From NCBI GenBank assembly GCA_963764725.1, contig CAVXTM010000001.1:320001-384000 (forward strand): DNA of 64,000 nucleotides, written 5' to 3'. Origin of the DNA: an uncultured Gammaproteobacteria bacterium (GTDB lineage: Bacteria > Pseudomonadota > Gammaproteobacteria > JACCXJ01). The notes beneath the pieces are model-generated. The model saw only the letters and a program-made list of their open reading frames with translations, was not told the origin of the DNA and searched no databases. Shown in pieces: positions 1 to 11,147 of the stretch (positions within the stretch are counted from its first letter, which is position 1; each line of letters begins with the position of its first letter). The translations under genes were made by a program, and so were the position numbers.

Positions 1-1099
1 AATTTGGGCTAGCCTTATCAAGAGTTACCAGATCTTTGTCTGCCTTGTTGCGGATGACCGTCGGGCGCTCGAGCGCCTTGTAATCGATCTCGGCGACGGG
101 TTTAGATTTATTCAGGACCAACGGTTCCACGAGCGAGCGCGGCTCGTTGCCGATACCCGTGGCGACGACGGTCACGCGCACCTCATCGGTCATGGCCGCA
201 TCGATCACGGTTCCCACCACCACCGTTGCGCTGTCGGATGCAAAGCCTTTAATGGTATTTCCAACTTCCTCGAACTCGCCCATCGTGAGCTCCGGTCCCG
301 AGGTAATGTTTACTAAAATGCCCTTGGCGCCGGAGAGATTAACGTCTTCCAGCAGGGGACTCGCTATCGCAGATTCCGCCGCAACACGGGCGCGGTCGGG
401 TCCCGTAGCCACGCCCGATCCCATCATCGCCATCCCCATCTCCGACATCACCGTGCGCACATCAGCGAAATCAACGTTAATGAGACCCGGGCAGGTGATC
501 AGCTCGGCGATCCCTTGAACGGCCCCCAGTAATATGTCGTTAGCGCATCTAAAGGCGTTCAGCAAACTGATCTCCCTGCCGAGCACGGCGATTAGCTTCT
601 CGTTCGGGATGGTGATCAGCGAATCGACGTATTGACTGAGGTGCCGGATCCCATCGGCGGCAATTTCGGCGCGCTTTTTACCTTCAAACACGAACGGTTT
701 CGTCACCACGGCCACAGTGAGGATGCTCATCTCCTTGGCTACCTGCGCCGCGATTGGCGCCGCGCCCGTCCCGGTCCCGCCACCCATTCCGGTAGTGATG
801 AACACCATGTCCGCGCCGTCCAAGACATCCATGAATCGATCGCGGTCCTCAAGCGCGGCTTGCCGTCCTTTCTCCGGATCGGCGCCCGCGCCGAGGCCCT
901 TGGTGATATTGCTACCGAACTGGATGATGGTCTTGGCCGAGCAGTTTTTCAACGCCTGAGCATCCGTATTTGCACAGACAAATTCCACCCCGTCGATTTT
1001 GGCGCCCAGCATGTGCTGAACCGCGTTGCCGCCACCCCCGCCGATCCCCAACACCTTAATTACCGCACTCTGAGTATAGGTATCCATTAATTCAAACAT
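1..1099 (-). CDS. ftsZ: Cell division protein FtsZ (3' end runs off the window)
   Basis: Manual translation from ATG at 1099 gives [27 protein letters not shown] and the tubulin motif GMGGGTGTG. It follows ftsA. The ORF track misses it because no stop codon is in the window. Confidence 0.97.
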   Translation of the reverse strand, partial: MFELMDTYTQSAVIKVLGIGGGGGNAVQHMLGAKIDGVEFVCANTDAQALKNCSAKTIIQFGSNITKGLGAGADPEKGRQAALEDRDRFMDVLDGADMVFITTGMGGGTGTGAAPIAAQVAKEMSILTVAVVTKPFVFEGKKRAEIAADGIRHLSQYVDSLITIPNEKLIAVLGREISLLNAFRCANDILLGAVQGIAELITCPGLINVDFADVRTVMSEMGMAMMGSGVATGPDRARVAAESAIASPLLEDVNLSGAKGILVNITSGPELTMGEFEEVGNTIKGFASDSATVVVGTVIDAAMTDEVRVTVVATGIGNEPRSLVEPLVLNKSKPVAEIDYKALERPTVIRNKADKDLVTLDKASPN

Positions 1100-1149
1100 T
1101 GCCTGACCTCCGCTCGTTGTAGTACCTGCATGCCATCCCGCCGTTAAAG

Positions 1150-2382
1150 CTAGAAATGTCCCTGAAACCAAATTTTCATCCGCTCCCAAACCCCGGAAAA
1201 ACCGCCCTCAACGCGCGAGGGCCTAGAACCGCTTTGTGCGCTATCGCGTCCAAACAACAACAGACCCACGCCTGTCGAATAAACAGGGTTTCTAACCACG
1301 TCCACCAATCCGGTCACATTCTGAGGCACGCCCAAACGCACCTGCCGGTGAAATACTTCTTCGGCCAACTCGATGGCCCCTTCCATCTTCGAGCTACCGC
1401 CGGTAAGCACGATGCCCGCGGCCATCATCTCTTCGTAACCGCTGCGCTTGAGCTCCGCTTGTATCAGCGAAAACAGCTCTTCAAAGCGAGGCTCAACGAC
1501 CTCCGCCAGCGTTTGCCGCATAAGCCGCCTGGGAGCCCGATCGCCGACGCTTGGAACCTCTATGGTCTCTTCGGGGCTCGCAAGCTGCGTCAGTGCGCAC
1601 GCGTATTTGATCTTAATCTCTTCCGCATTATGGGTAGGCGTCCTCAGGGCCACGGCGATGTCATTGGTCACCTGATCGCCCGCGATAGGAATGACCGCCG
1701 TATGCTGAATGGCACCATCGATGTAGACGGCGATATCGGTCGTTCCACCTCCGATATCGCCCACGCACACCCCGAGGTCCTTTTCATCTTCGGTCAGCAC
1801 GGCTTGGGCTGAAGCGAGCTGTTGCAGAATCATGTCATCGACTTCCAACCCGCACCGCTTCACACATTTGATGATGTTCTGGGCGGCGCTTACCGCACCG
1901 GTCACCACGTGCACCTTAGCCTCCAGCCGCACCCCCGACATGCCGATGGGTTCACGGATCCCTTCCTGACTGTCGATGACGAATTCTTGGGGCAAGACGT
2001 GAAGGATTTTCTGATCGGCGGGAATGGCGACCGCACGCGCCGCATCGATAACGCGCTCGACATCGCTATGCGTCACTTCGCTATCCCGGATCGCGACGAT
2101 GCCGTGCGAGTTCAAACTGCGTATGTGACTACCCGCAATACCGGCATACACCGACCGAATCTCGCACCCGGCCATTAACTCGGCTTCTTCGATGGCTCGC
2201 TGTATCGACTGAACAGTGGATTCAATGTTGACGACCACGCCCTTCTTTAGCCCACGGGACGGATTCGAGCCGACACCGATGACTTCCACGGTTCCGTCCA
2301 AGGCTATTTCACCGACGATCGCAACCACCTTTGAGGTGCCAATATCGAGCCCCACGATTAGGCTCTTGTCAGACCTTTTCAC
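1150..2382 (-). CDS. ftsA: Cell division protein FtsA
   Basis: GLDIGTSKV and DIGGGTTD actin-fold motifs, C-terminal amphipathic WF helix, dcw position. Confidence 0.97.
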   Translation of the reverse strand: MKRSDKSLIVGLDIGTSKVVAIVGEIALDGTVEVIGVGSNPSRGLKKGVVVNIESTVQSIQRAIEEAELMAGCEIRSVYAGIAGSHIRSLNSHGIVAIRDSEVTHSDVERVIDAARAVAIPADQKILHVLPQEFVIDSQEGIREPIGMSGVRLEAKVHVVTGAVSAAQNIIKCVKRCGLEVDDMILQQLASAQAVLTEDEKDLGVCVGDIGGGTTDIAVYIDGAIQHTAVIPIAGDQVTNDIAVALRTPTHNAEEIKIKYACALTQLASPEETIEVPSVGDRAPRRLMRQTLAEVVEPRFEELFSLIQAELKRSGYEEMMAAGIVLTGGSSKMEGAIELAEEVFHRQVRLGVPQNVTGLVDVVRNPVYSTGVGLLLFGRDSAQSGSRPSRVEGGFSGVWERMKIWFQGHF

Positions 2383-3151
2383 CTAGCGACTCCCTTAAAC
2401 CGGCGCCTTTGCCCATGCGTACGGCGAAGCCATTCGTGTAACGTAGATCGACCCGCGCCACAGCTACGCTCGCGCCGCCAATCGCCTTTGGATAGTATTC
2501 GATGAAACGGCTGACCCGCCGATCGAACTCGGACTTGCCCACGATTACGAGTGGACCGCCCCGCACTTCGAAGCTCCAGGAGCGCCGCGGGCTTAGCTTT
2601 AAGCTCACCACCTCGAGCCCGATCTCAATCATACAACGCTGTAGATTGCGGAACTTGGTGAGCACTTGAACTTCCGTGGCGTTGGGGCCCATGAGCTTAG
2701 GAAGCCCGAGCGGATGGGTATGTTGAGGCGGATGAAACAAAACGCCGTCGTTACTCAGCAGACCCTTATCTCCCCAACGAGCGACAGGCCGCTGCTCACG
2801 CACGGTGACCTTGAGACCATCGGGCCAGACCCGCCCCACCGATACGCCTTTGATCCACGGATTACGGCTGAGATCATCTTGTATTTCCTTGACACCTACC
2901 GTAAAGAAACCAGCGTACACTTCCTGAGCGATTAGCGCTCGGAGATCGCCTGGTTTGATGTGACGAAACTCGCCTTCGATAAACACCTCGCGAATGGGCA
3001 TCGCGGCCGGATCGGTGATCCGCGTCACCGCCCATGCCACCAGCGCGGTCAGATCCACGACCACAAAAACGGTGACCAATACTATCCAACGATAGTTGTT
3101 GCAGCAAACCGGGGTTCTTGCAATACGCCGATTTCGCCGCTGCCGCTTCAT
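2369..3151 (-). CDS. ftsQ: Cell division protein FtsQ
   Basis: Single TM, POTRA-like region (PWIKGVSVGRVWPD), C-terminal DLRYTNGFAV, between ddl and ftsA. Confidence 0.92.
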   Translation of the reverse strand: MKRQRRNRRIARTPVCCNNYRWIVLVTVFVVVDLTALVAWAVTRITDPAAMPIREVFIEGEFRHIKPGDLRALIAQEVYAGFFTVGVKEIQDDLSRNPWIKGVSVGRVWPDGLKVTVREQRPVARWGDKGLLSNDGVLFHPPQHTHPLGLPKLMGPNATEVQVLTKFRNLQRCMIEIGLEVVSLKLSPRRSWSFEVRGGPLVIVGKSEFDRRVSRFIEYYPKAIGGASVAVARVDLRYTNGFAVRMGKGAGLRESLGEKV

Positions 3152-4095
3152 GCCACAACCCCGTTTTTGGGATCCTTGGCGATCCGCGTTAAGCGCGCCG
3201 TTTGCAGTATCTTCATCACCAGCTCGTCAAATGATATGCCGGCCGACTTCGCGGCCATCGGGACCAGGCTATGGCTCGTCATCCCGGGCACCGTGTTCAC
3301 TTCGATAAGCCACGGCCGGTCCGCACGATCAACCAGCATGTCAACGCGCCCCCAGCCGCGTGCACCCAAGGTCTGAAAGGCATGCACCGCCAACGCTTGA
3401 TACTCGCGCTCCCGCTCCACGGGAAGCTCCGCCGGGCAAATATAGCGGGTGCGATCGTCGTGATACTTCGCCTCGTAATCGTAGAATAACCTCGGCGTCT
3501 CCAACCGAATCATCGGCAGGGCTTCTTCGTGCAGCACGGCAACGGTATATTCGCACCCCGTGATCCAGCGCTCCGCGATGATGCTCTCATCAAACTGGGC
3601 GGCGGATTTCCAAGCCGCGCTTAGGCCTTCCGGATCGTCCACCTTGCTCGCGCCGATACTCGAACCCTCGCACGCGGGTTTCACCATGATGGGCAATCCC
3701 AACGCGGAGACGACAGCCTGCGCATCAGGATCCTCTTTCATCTCGACGAAAGGCGGCGTCGGCAAACCGCCGCCGATCCACACCCGTTTGGCTTTGACCT
3801 TGTCCATCGCCAACGCCGAGCCCAACACGCCGCTTCCCGTGTATGGGATCCGCAAGGTCTCGAGGGCGCCTTGGATCTGTCCGTCCTCGCCACCCCGGCC
3901 ATGCAGGGCGATAAAAGCGCAGTCATAGCCGCCGCTTCGCAATCGCTCCAACACTTGCGTGTCGAGATCAACAGGCGCCGCATTCACCCCCTTGCGCTTG
4001 AGTGCCGCGAGGACCGCATTACCGCTCTCGAGCGAAATCACACGCTCCGCCGACTGACCGCCCATGAGCACCGCCACGTTCGTGAACTTACTCAT
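3148..4095 (-). CDS. ddlB: D-alanine--D-alanine ligase
   Basis: GGQSAERVISL, LHGRGGEDG, EVNTVPGMT motifs. Confidence 0.96.
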   Translation of the reverse strand: MSKFTNVAVLMGGQSAERVISLESGNAVLAALKRKGVNAAPVDLDTQVLERLRSGGYDCAFIALHGRGGEDGQIQGALETLRIPYTGSGVLGSALAMDKVKAKRVWIGGGLPTPPFVEMKEDPDAQAVVSALGLPIMVKPACEGSSIGASKVDDPEGLSAAWKSAAQFDESIIAERWITGCEYTVAVLHEEALPMIRLETPRLFYDYEAKYHDDRTRYICPAELPVEREREYQALAVHAFQTLGARGWGRVDMLVDRADRPWLIEVNTVPGMTSHSLVPMAAKSAGISFDELVMKILQTARLTRIAKDPKNGVVA

Positions 4096-5051
4096 GCGCC
4101 CTCGCTACAGGCGGACCGCGTAGGTTCGCCCACGATCTTGACCTCCGGCGCCAGCCGTACGGCATGCACCGACTCCACCGTCGCTTGAATCTTCTCAATC
4201 AGGGCTTCGATGTCGGTGGCGGTTGCCTTCCCGAGGTTTACTATGAAATTAGCATGCTTTTCCGAGACACGGGCCTCGCCCACGGACAAGCCTTTCAGTC
4301 CGCTTGCTTCGATCAGGCGAGCCGCGTGATCCCCGGGGGGATTGCTAAATACCGAACCGCAACTGCGCTCGTGGATCGGCTGCGCAGCCGCCCGCCGCAT
4401 CATGAGGGACTTGATGCGTTGCATACCGCGACGCTCTGGATCCGGCATCAGAGCCAGTTCGGCGCCTAGGAACCATTCATCTTCTTGTAGACCGCCAAGG
4501 TGGCGGTAACCCGGAACGAACTCCTGCCGTTCGCGCGTCCGTCGGACGCCTTCACGGTCCACGGTTTCAACGCTTCCTACGAGATCCCACGTCTGTCCGC
4601 CGTAGGCGCCGGCATTCATCGCGAGAGCCCCCCCCAGGGTTCCGGGAACACCCGCTAAAAACTCCCCGCCCCTGCAACCGGCTCTAGCGGCAAAGCGAGC
4701 CACCTTCGCGCACGCGACTCCACATCCGGCCCATAAGGTATGTTCACGGATTATTTCTAGTTTGTCGAAAACGCCCACTGTACAAATCACAGTGCCGCGG
4801 ATCCCGCCCTCGCGCACCAGCACGTTACTTCCGAGACCCACCCACAAGACCTGTTCTGCCCGCGGGAGCCGGCGGATAAAGGCTACGAGATCGTCAACAT
4901 CGGCGGGAACGTAGAACCGATCCGCGGGTCCACCGACGCGCCACGAGGTATGATCGGACATGGGCTCCGCATAGCGTAGTTCGCCTCGCAAGGGCGGGTG
5001 ACATTCCCCTTTCGAGATCCCCAGGGAAGGCGCGTGCGGTTGCGTTAACAT
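4092..5051 (-). CDS. murB: UDP-N-acetylenolpyruvoylglucosamine reductase
   Basis: GLGSNVLV, PGTLGGALAMNAGAYG, SCGSVF, HANFIVN. Start trimmed to the ATG at 5051, which overlaps the murC stop. Confidence 0.94.
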   Translation of the reverse strand: MLTQPHAPSLGISKGECHPPLRGELRYAEPMSDHTSWRVGGPADRFYVPADVDDLVAFIRRLPRAEQVLWVGLGSNVLVREGGIRGTVICTVGVFDKLEIIREHTLWAGCGVACAKVARFAARAGCRGGEFLAGVPGTLGGALAMNAGAYGGQTWDLVGSVETVDREGVRRTRERQEFVPGYRHLGGLQEDEWFLGAELALMPDPERRGMQRIKSLMMRRAAAQPIHERSCGSVFSNPPGDHAARLIEASGLKGLSVGEARVSEKHANFIVNLGKATATDIEALIEKIQATVESVHAVRLAPEVKIVGEPTRSACSEGA

Positions 5052-6478
5052 ACGGCCGCCAATTCTTGCCCGGCGCCGTAAAAACGCCATAGTTGTGGCG
5101 CAGTGGCACCGACATTGCCGGCGCCGAGTATTAGCAGGATGCAGCCGTCGCTGACCATCCGGGGTAACTCGGCGGCTAGTTCCGAGGGTTGACCGAGCAA
5201 CAGAGCATCGGGGCCGCCGCGGCGCTGTATGGCGAGACACAGGGCGCGGCTGTCGGCGCTTGCGACGTAGGTTTCACCTGCCGCATAGGTCTCGAACAAG
5301 ACTAACGTATCCGCGGACGATAGAACCTCGACGAAATCCTGGAACAAGTCCTCGGTACGCGTGTAGCGATGGGGCTGGAAAGCGACGACCAGTCTCCGAT
5401 CGGGCCAGCCCGCCCGCACCGCCGCCAAGGTCGCGGCGATCTCGCGTGGATGATGACCGTAGTCATCGATCAAAAGCACGCGCGCCGCTCCGATCCGGAT
5501 CTCACCGAACAATTGCGAACGCCGGGCAATGCCCTCAAAGCGCTCCAGGCCTGCTTTGATCACCTCATCAGCGATGTTGAGCTCGCGCGCGACAGCGATC
5601 GCCGCGAGCGCGTTCAGGACATTATGTGCTCCCGGTAAATTGAGCGTGACGTCCATCGAGTTACCCTCCAAAGAGGTGACTCGAAAGCGCGTGGTGCCGC
5701 GTTCTTGCCACAGCACCTCCGCGCGTATATCCGCTTGCGTGTCGATCCCGTAGGTCAGCAATGGCCGCGACACGCACCCTAGAATGTCCCGAATGACCGG
5801 GTCGTCCATGCATACGACGGCCAACCCGTAGAAGGGCAGGTGATGCAAGAACTCTAAAAAGGCCTCGCGCAGACGGGAAAAATCATTGTGATAGCTGCCC
5901 AGGTGATCGGCGTCGATATTGGTCAGGACCGCGATCACGGGTTTGAGATACAGAAACGAGGTGTCGCTCTCATCGGCTTCGGCGACGAGGTATTTACCGC
6001 TCCCGAGCCGTGCGTGGCTCGCCACGCTATTCAGCCGCCCGCCGATCACGAAAGTGGGATCGAGACTGGCCCTCGCCAATAGACTCGCGATGAGGCTCGT
6101 GGTTGTCGTTTTTCCGTGGGTGCCCGCGACCGCGATCCCGTAACGAAAACGCATGAGCTCAGCCAGCATCTCCGCGCGCGGCACGACCGGTATTCTACTT
6201 TCCCGCGCCGCGAGGACCTCGACGTTATCGGCGCCGACGGCGCTCGATACGACCAGGACGTCCGCCTCCGCCATACTTTCCGCGCGGTGCCCCAAGACGA
6301 TACGGATACCCAGCCGTTTCAGGCGTTCGGTGCTGGCGTTATCGTGGAGATCGGAACCGGAAACGCGGTAGCCGAGGTTGTGGAGAACCTCGGCGATCCC
6401 GCTCATGCCGGCCCCGCCGATGCCTACAAAGTGAATCGTCTTTACCCGGCGCATCGTCGAGGTTTCGCTTTCAACCAC
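5045..6478 (-). CDS. murC: UDP-N-acetylmuramate--L-alanine ligase
   Basis: HFVGIGGAGMSG, GTHGKTTTT, EADESD, DDYGHHP. Start is GTG 6478 or ATG 6454. Confidence 0.96.
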   Translation of the reverse strand: MVESETSTMRRVKTIHFVGIGGAGMSGIAEVLHNLGYRVSGSDLHDNASTERLKRLGIRIVLGHRAESMAEADVLVVSSAVGADNVEVLAARESRIPVVPRAEMLAELMRFRYGIAVAGTHGKTTTTSLIASLLARASLDPTFVIGGRLNSVASHARLGSGKYLVAEADESDTSFLYLKPVIAVLTNIDADHLGSYHNDFSRLREAFLEFLHHLPFYGLAVVCMDDPVIRDILGCVSRPLLTYGIDTQADIRAEVLWQERGTTRFRVTSLEGNSMDVTLNLPGAHNVLNALAAIAVARELNIADEVIKAGLERFEGIARRSQLFGEIRIGAARVLLIDDYGHHPREIAATLAAVRAGWPDRRLVVAFQPHRYTRTEDLFQDFVEVLSSADTLVLFETYAAGETYVASADSRALCLAIQRRGGPDALLLGQPSELAAELPRMVSDGCILLILGAGNVGATAPQLWRFYGAGQELAAVC

Positions 6479-7538
6479 GCGCCACCTCCACACACACGCC
6501 AACGATCCGCGCGGTGGCATTTAACGCGGCGATTTCGTGCACCCGATCCGCCATGATTTGCAAGCGTTCAGGGGCTTCTTCCAGTGTCCTCAACGTTTCC
6601 GCCAAGCACCCTTCATTGAATTGCGGCTGTGGTATGAGTATTGCCGCGCCGCGATCGGCCAAGAAACGCGCGTTCGCGGTTTGGTGATCGTCCACGGCCG
6701 ATGGATAAGGAACCAAAATCGCCGGGACGGACGCGGCGGCAAGCTCGAACAGCGTGGAGGCGCCGGCACGGCAAATCGCGATGTCCGTCCATCCATAGGC
6801 TGCGGCCATGTCGTCAATGAATACATCGACTTTGGCCCGCACCCCGAGGGCCGTGTAGCGCTGCCCCGTGGCGCCCTGATCGGAGGCCCCAACCTGATGC
6901 CATATCCGTACGGCCGAGGATCCCAGACGCGCGACGGCCTCGGGTACGACGCGGTTGAAAACCAAGGCGCCCTGACTACCGCCGAGGATCAAAATCCGCA
7001 ATTCCGTCTGAGCGTGCGCCACGCGGCTAACGCTCAATACCTCGCGGCGCACCGGATTGCCCGTATGAACCGCGGCTCTGACGCGCGCGAAGGTGCCGGG
7101 GAAAGACTCCAGGACTCGGGTAGCCAAGGGCGACAATAAGCGGTTCGTGAGGCCCGCCACCGCGTTCTGCTCATGGATGATCAGCGGGATCCGCAAAAGC
7201 CAGGCGGCGATGCCTCCGGGCCCGCTTGTGAATCCGCCCATACCCACGACAGCCGCGGGCCGCCGGCGTACCAAGAGCACGAGACACTGGAGCAGCGCGA
7301 ACGCGATCTGCAACGGTGCGATGAGCTGCTTGATGAGCGCCTTGCCCCGGAACCCGGATACGGCGATGGTAATGAGATCGAAACCCGCCTTAGGCACAAT
7401 GGTCGCTTCCAGCCCGCCTCGGGTCCCAAGCCAGATCAGGGGCACGCCCAACTCGCGCAGCCGTTCGGCGACCGCGAGGGCGGGGAAAATATGTCCGCCC
7501 GTACCGCCGGCCATCATCAGCACCGGTCTACCCGCCAT
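6471..7538 (-). CDS. murG: Undecaprenyl-PP-MurNAc-pentapeptide GlcNAc transferase
   Basis: GGTGGHIFPA, HEQNAVAG, GGSQGA, DDHQTANA. Confidence 0.96.
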   Translation of the reverse strand: MAGRPVLMMAGGTGGHIFPALAVAERLRELGVPLIWLGTRGGLEATIVPKAGFDLITIAVSGFRGKALIKQLIAPLQIAFALLQCLVLLVRRRPAAVVGMGGFTSGPGGIAAWLLRIPLIIHEQNAVAGLTNRLLSPLATRVLESFPGTFARVRAAVHTGNPVRREVLSVSRVAHAQTELRILILGGSQGALVFNRVVPEAVARLGSSAVRIWHQVGASDQGATGQRYTALGVRAKVDVFIDDMAAAYGWTDIAICRAGASTLFELAAASVPAILVPYPSAVDDHQTANARFLADRGAAILIPQPQFNEGCLAETLRTLEEAPERLQIMADRVHEIAALNATARIVGVCVEVARG

Positions 7539-8697
7539 CACACCGACCCCTCGCTTCACGCTCGACCCGGAATAAGATCCCGAACGCGGCGCAGGTCACC
7601 ATCATGCTGTTACCCCCATAGCTCACCAAGGGCAGCGTCAGCCCCTTGGTCGGCAGCACCCCCATGTTCACTCCCATGTTAATAAACGCTTGGAGTCCGA
7701 TGAGTAAACCGATTCCGTAGGCGAGGTGCTCGGCGAACGGCTGACCCACGCATTGCGCCTGGCCGCCGATCACGACGGCGCGCCAGACCACCAGAGTATA
7801 AGCGGCGATCACGACCAGCGATCCGACCAGCCCCAATTCCTCCGCCATCACGGCAAATATGAAATCCGTATGGGCCTCGGGAAGATAAAATAACTTCTGA
7901 ATGCTACCCCCGAGTCCGACACCCCACCACTCACCGCGCCCGATCGCGATGAGCGCTTGGGTTAACTGGAATCCACGGTCATACGGGTCGGCCCACGGAT
8001 CCATGAAGGTCATCAAGCGGTCGAGGCGATAGGGCGCGAGCATCGCAAGCGCAACCAATGCGGCGACAGCCACCGCTCCCCACCCCAGAAAACGCGTTAG
8101 CGGGACTCCGCCGAGAAATAGCATGCCTAAGGCCGTCGCGAATAATACCGCGGTGGCACCATAATCGGGCTCTAAGAGCAGCAAACCGCCAATGAGCGTC
8201 AACACCAAGAACGGCTTCATAACTCCCGCGAAGGTCAACCGAACCCTGTGTTCGTGGCGAACGAGATAGCTCGCCAGATAGATGATGACGAAAAGCTTCG
8301 CCGGTTCTGAGGCCTGAAACGATACCGGCCCCAGACGGATCCAGCGCATACTGCCGTTGACGACGCGCCCCAAGCCCGGCACCAGTACCGCAATCAAAAG
8401 CAGCAAGGCCATAAAAAGCGATATCGCGCCTAAGCGCTCCAACGCGGCTAACGGCGTGCGCACGGCCAGGACGCAGCCGCTAAGCCCGATCATCGCCGCC
8501 GCTATCTGCCGCCACAAAAAGTAAAAGGGATCGTGATGATCGCGATCGGCGATGGTCACAGAGGCGGAGGCGACCATGACCAGTCCTAGTGCTAATAACA
8601 GCACGAAACAGCCGGCTAGCCAGGGATCGTAGTCCGCCCGCGGCCGGGAGCTCCTGGGTAATATCCGAGGCAATGCTTGCGGCGCGGCTTGGTTCAC
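7528..8697 (-). CDS. ftsW: SEDS peptidoglycan glycosyltransferase FtsW
   Basis: QASEPAK, LPEAHTDFIF, LPLVSYGG. GTG start at 8697 overlaps the murD stop. Confidence 0.95.
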   Translation of the reverse strand: MNQAAPQALPRILPRSSRPRADYDPWLAGCFVLLLALGLVMVASASVTIADRDHHDPFYFLWRQIAAAMIGLSGCVLAVRTPLAALERLGAISLFMALLLLIAVLVPGLGRVVNGSMRWIRLGPVSFQASEPAKLFVIIYLASYLVRHEHRVRLTFAGVMKPFLVLTLIGGLLLLEPDYGATAVLFATALGMLFLGGVPLTRFLGWGAVAVAALVALAMLAPYRLDRLMTFMDPWADPYDRGFQLTQALIAIGRGEWWGVGLGGSIQKLFYLPEAHTDFIFAVMAEELGLVGSLVVIAAYTLVVWRAVVIGGQAQCVGQPFAEHLAYGIGLLIGLQAFINMGVNMGVLPTKGLTLPLVSYGGNSMMVTCAAFGILFRVEREARGRCDGG

Positions 8698-10049
8698 TGT
8701 GCTACCAACCCGTTTACGGCGCGCATAAACACATCCCCCCGCTCCGCGTAGTTGCGAAACATGTCGAAGCTTGCGCACGCGGGCGACAACAGGACTGCAT
8801 CGCCCGGAATCGCGAGTTGCTCCGCCTGGAACACCGCCTCCTGCATATCCTTGGCTTCCAGCAGTGGCACCGCCTCGGCAAGCGCGGACTTAATGCGCGG
8901 GGCATCGCGCCCCATGACCACTATCGCCCGCACGTGTGCGGATACCGCATCCGAGAGCGGGCGAAAGTCCGCGCCTTTGCCATCGCCCCCTGCGATCAGC
9001 ACCAAGGGCCGCGTGGCGCCCAACCCGCGAATCGCGGCACAAGTGGCACCCACGTTGGTGCCCTTGGAGTCGTTATACCAATCGATATCGCGCAAGCACG
9101 CCACCCACTCGCACCGGTGCGGTAAACCGCGAAACTCCCGCAGCGCATTGAGCATGGCCTGCCTCTGCAAGCTTATCGCGGTCCCTAGCGCCAACGCCGC
9201 GAGTGCATTTGCAATATTATGCCGCCCGCCGATCCTCAGCGCGGAAACCGGCAACAACTCATCGCCACCTTGCGCCAACCAATGCTCACCCCGGCACTCC
9301 CGGACCCCGAACCCGTCCCCGCGCGGGATCCCGAGTCTGAAACCGATCATGGCCCGATCCACCTCCGTCATCGCGGCGACGCGTTCATCATCTTCATTGA
9401 TGACCATCACGCCCGTGCCGCCGTAGATACGTTGCTTCGCACCGGCGTAGTCATCCAACGAAGCGTAACGATCCATGTGGTCGGGTGTCACGTTGAGCAC
9501 GACGGCGGCCTCGGCGGTGAGCGACTCGGTCGTCTCCAGTTGAAAACTCGAAAGCTCGAGCACATAGACATCAAGCTCCGTATCGTCGATCAATGCCAAT
9601 GCCGGCGTTCCGAGGTTGCCTCCCGCGCGCGCCTTCAATCCGCTCTCCTCGATCATCGTGGCGACCAGCGAGGTTACCGTGCTCTTACCATTGGTGCCGG
9701 TGATCGCGACGATTGGGGCGCGCCTATGGCGCGCAAACAATTCGATATCACCGGCAACCCCGATGCCGCACTCGCGGGCTGTTTGGATAATCGGCTCGCT
9801 CAGCGCCACGCCTGGACTCACCAACAACCGCCGCGCTTGTTTGCACAGGTTCTCGTCAAACCGGCCAAGAGCAAGCGGTGCGTGCGGGAATTCGCTTTTA
9901 AACGTGCTCAACTCGGGCGGGTTTTCACGGTTGTCAGTAACGGCAAACGGCACGCCGCGGTTAGCGAGAAAACGTGCTATGGACAAACCCGTCACCCCCA
10001 GACCCACGATGACGGTGTCGGCGGCCTGCGTTAGTTCGTGAGTCGCCAT
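8694..10049 (-). CDS. murD: UDP-MurNAc-L-Ala--D-glutamate ligase
   Basis: GTNGKSTVT, ELSSFQLE, NDSKGTN, SPACASFDMF. Confidence 0.96.
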   Translation of the reverse strand: MATHELTQAADTVIVGLGVTGLSIARFLANRGVPFAVTDNRENPPELSTFKSEFPHAPLALGRFDENLCKQARRLLVSPGVALSEPIIQTARECGIGVAGDIELFARHRRAPIVAITGTNGKSTVTSLVATMIEESGLKARAGGNLGTPALALIDDTELDVYVLELSSFQLETTESLTAEAAVVLNVTPDHMDRYASLDDYAGAKQRIYGGTGVMVINEDDERVAAMTEVDRAMIGFRLGIPRGDGFGVRECRGEHWLAQGGDELLPVSALRIGGRHNIANALAALALGTAISLQRQAMLNALREFRGLPHRCEWVACLRDIDWYNDSKGTNVGATCAAIRGLGATRPLVLIAGGDGKGADFRPLSDAVSAHVRAIVVMGRDAPRIKSALAEAVPLLEAKDMQEAVFQAEQLAIPGDAVLLSPACASFDMFRNYAERGDVFMRAVNGLVAQ

Positions 10050-10062
10050 TGAGACTCCATGA

Positions 10063-11145
10063 CTAGCGGATCTTGAGGCTAGAGAGCCCCACCAGCACCA
10101 GGATCACGGTTATGATCCAGAAGCGTACGATAACCCTCGGTTCGGGCCACCCTTTAAGCTCGAAGTGATGGTGCAACGGAGCCATGTTGAATATGCGTTT
10201 ACCGGTAAGCTTAAAAGACGCCACCTGAAGGATCACCGAGACGGTCTCCATCACGAATACCCCGCCCATGATCAACAATACCAGTTCTTGCCTCACCAGC
10301 ACGGCGACGATACCCAACGCGGCTCCTAACGCCAGCGCCCCGATATCACCCATGAATACCTGGGCCGGATAGGTGTTAAACCAGAGAAACCCAAGGCCGG
10401 CGCCCGTGATCGCGCCGCAGAAAATGCTGAGCTCTCCCGCACCGGGCACGTAGGGCACGCCCAGGTAAGTGGAAATTTTCACGTTCCCGGCAACGTATGC
10501 GAATATCGCCAGGGCACTGGCTAGCATTACCGTAGGGAGTATCGCTAAACCATCCAGGCCATCGGTAAGATTCACGGCATTGCTGGTTCCCACGATGACG
10601 AAATAACTGAACAGCACGAAGAACCAGCCGAGATCGATCACCACGGCCTTGACGAACGGCACGATTAGCTGTGTTTCTGTGGGGGAGGCCGCGGTAAGAT
10701 AGAGAAATAGCGCGGCACCGAGACCCGCGCACGATTGCCAGAGATATTTTTCTCGCGCCGAGAGACCCTTCGATTTACGTTTTACCACCTTGCGGTAGTC
10801 ATCCACCCAGCCGATGGTTCCGAACAATATGGTCACGATGAGAGCAACCCACATAAACCGATTATCCAAATTCGACCATAATAAAGTGCTGGCCACGATG
10901 GAGGTCAAAATGAGTAATCCGCCCATCGTGGGTGTGCCAGATTTCGCCAGATGGCTTTGCGGGCCATCGTCACGCACGCTTTGGCCGATCTGGTGGTGCG
11001 TCAAACGCCTGATCATGAACGGCCCGACCACCAGCGAGATCACGAGCGCGGTCAGAACACCGAGGATAGTGCGCAAGGTGAGGTATTGGAAAACGCGGAA
11101 CCCACTATTGAGTTCCGCCAGAAATTCGCTGAGATAGAGGAGCAC
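10063..11145 (-). CDS. mraY: Phospho-MurNAc-pentapeptide transferase
   Basis: [27 protein letters not shown]. Confidence 0.97.
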   Translation of the reverse strand: MLLYLSEFLAELNSGFRVFQYLTLRTILGVLTALVISLVVGPFMIRRLTHHQIGQSVRDDGPQSHLAKSGTPTMGGLLILTSIVASTLLWSNLDNRFMWVALIVTILFGTIGWVDDYRKVVKRKSKGLSAREKYLWQSCAGLGAALFLYLTAASPTETQLIVPFVKAVVIDLGWFFVLFSYFVIVGTSNAVNLTDGLDGLAILPTVMLASALAIFAYVAGNVKISTYLGVPYVPGAGELSIFCGAITGAGLGFLWFNTYPAQVFMGDIGALALGAALGIVAVLVRQELVLLIMGGVFVMETVSVILQVASFKLTGKRIFNMAPLHHHFELKGWPEPRVIVRFWIITVILVLVGLSSLKIR

Positions 11146-11147
11146 GC

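Noticed and set aside
4092-5051. murB inside the dcw cluster
   Set aside because: The murC-murB-ddl order is known in many proteobacteria.
9219-10034. Long antisense or alternate-frame ORFs (e.g. 9219-10034, 27793-28518, 62162-62908, 62989-63738)
   Set aside because: Shadow ORFs of real genes in GC-rich DNA, with no motifs.
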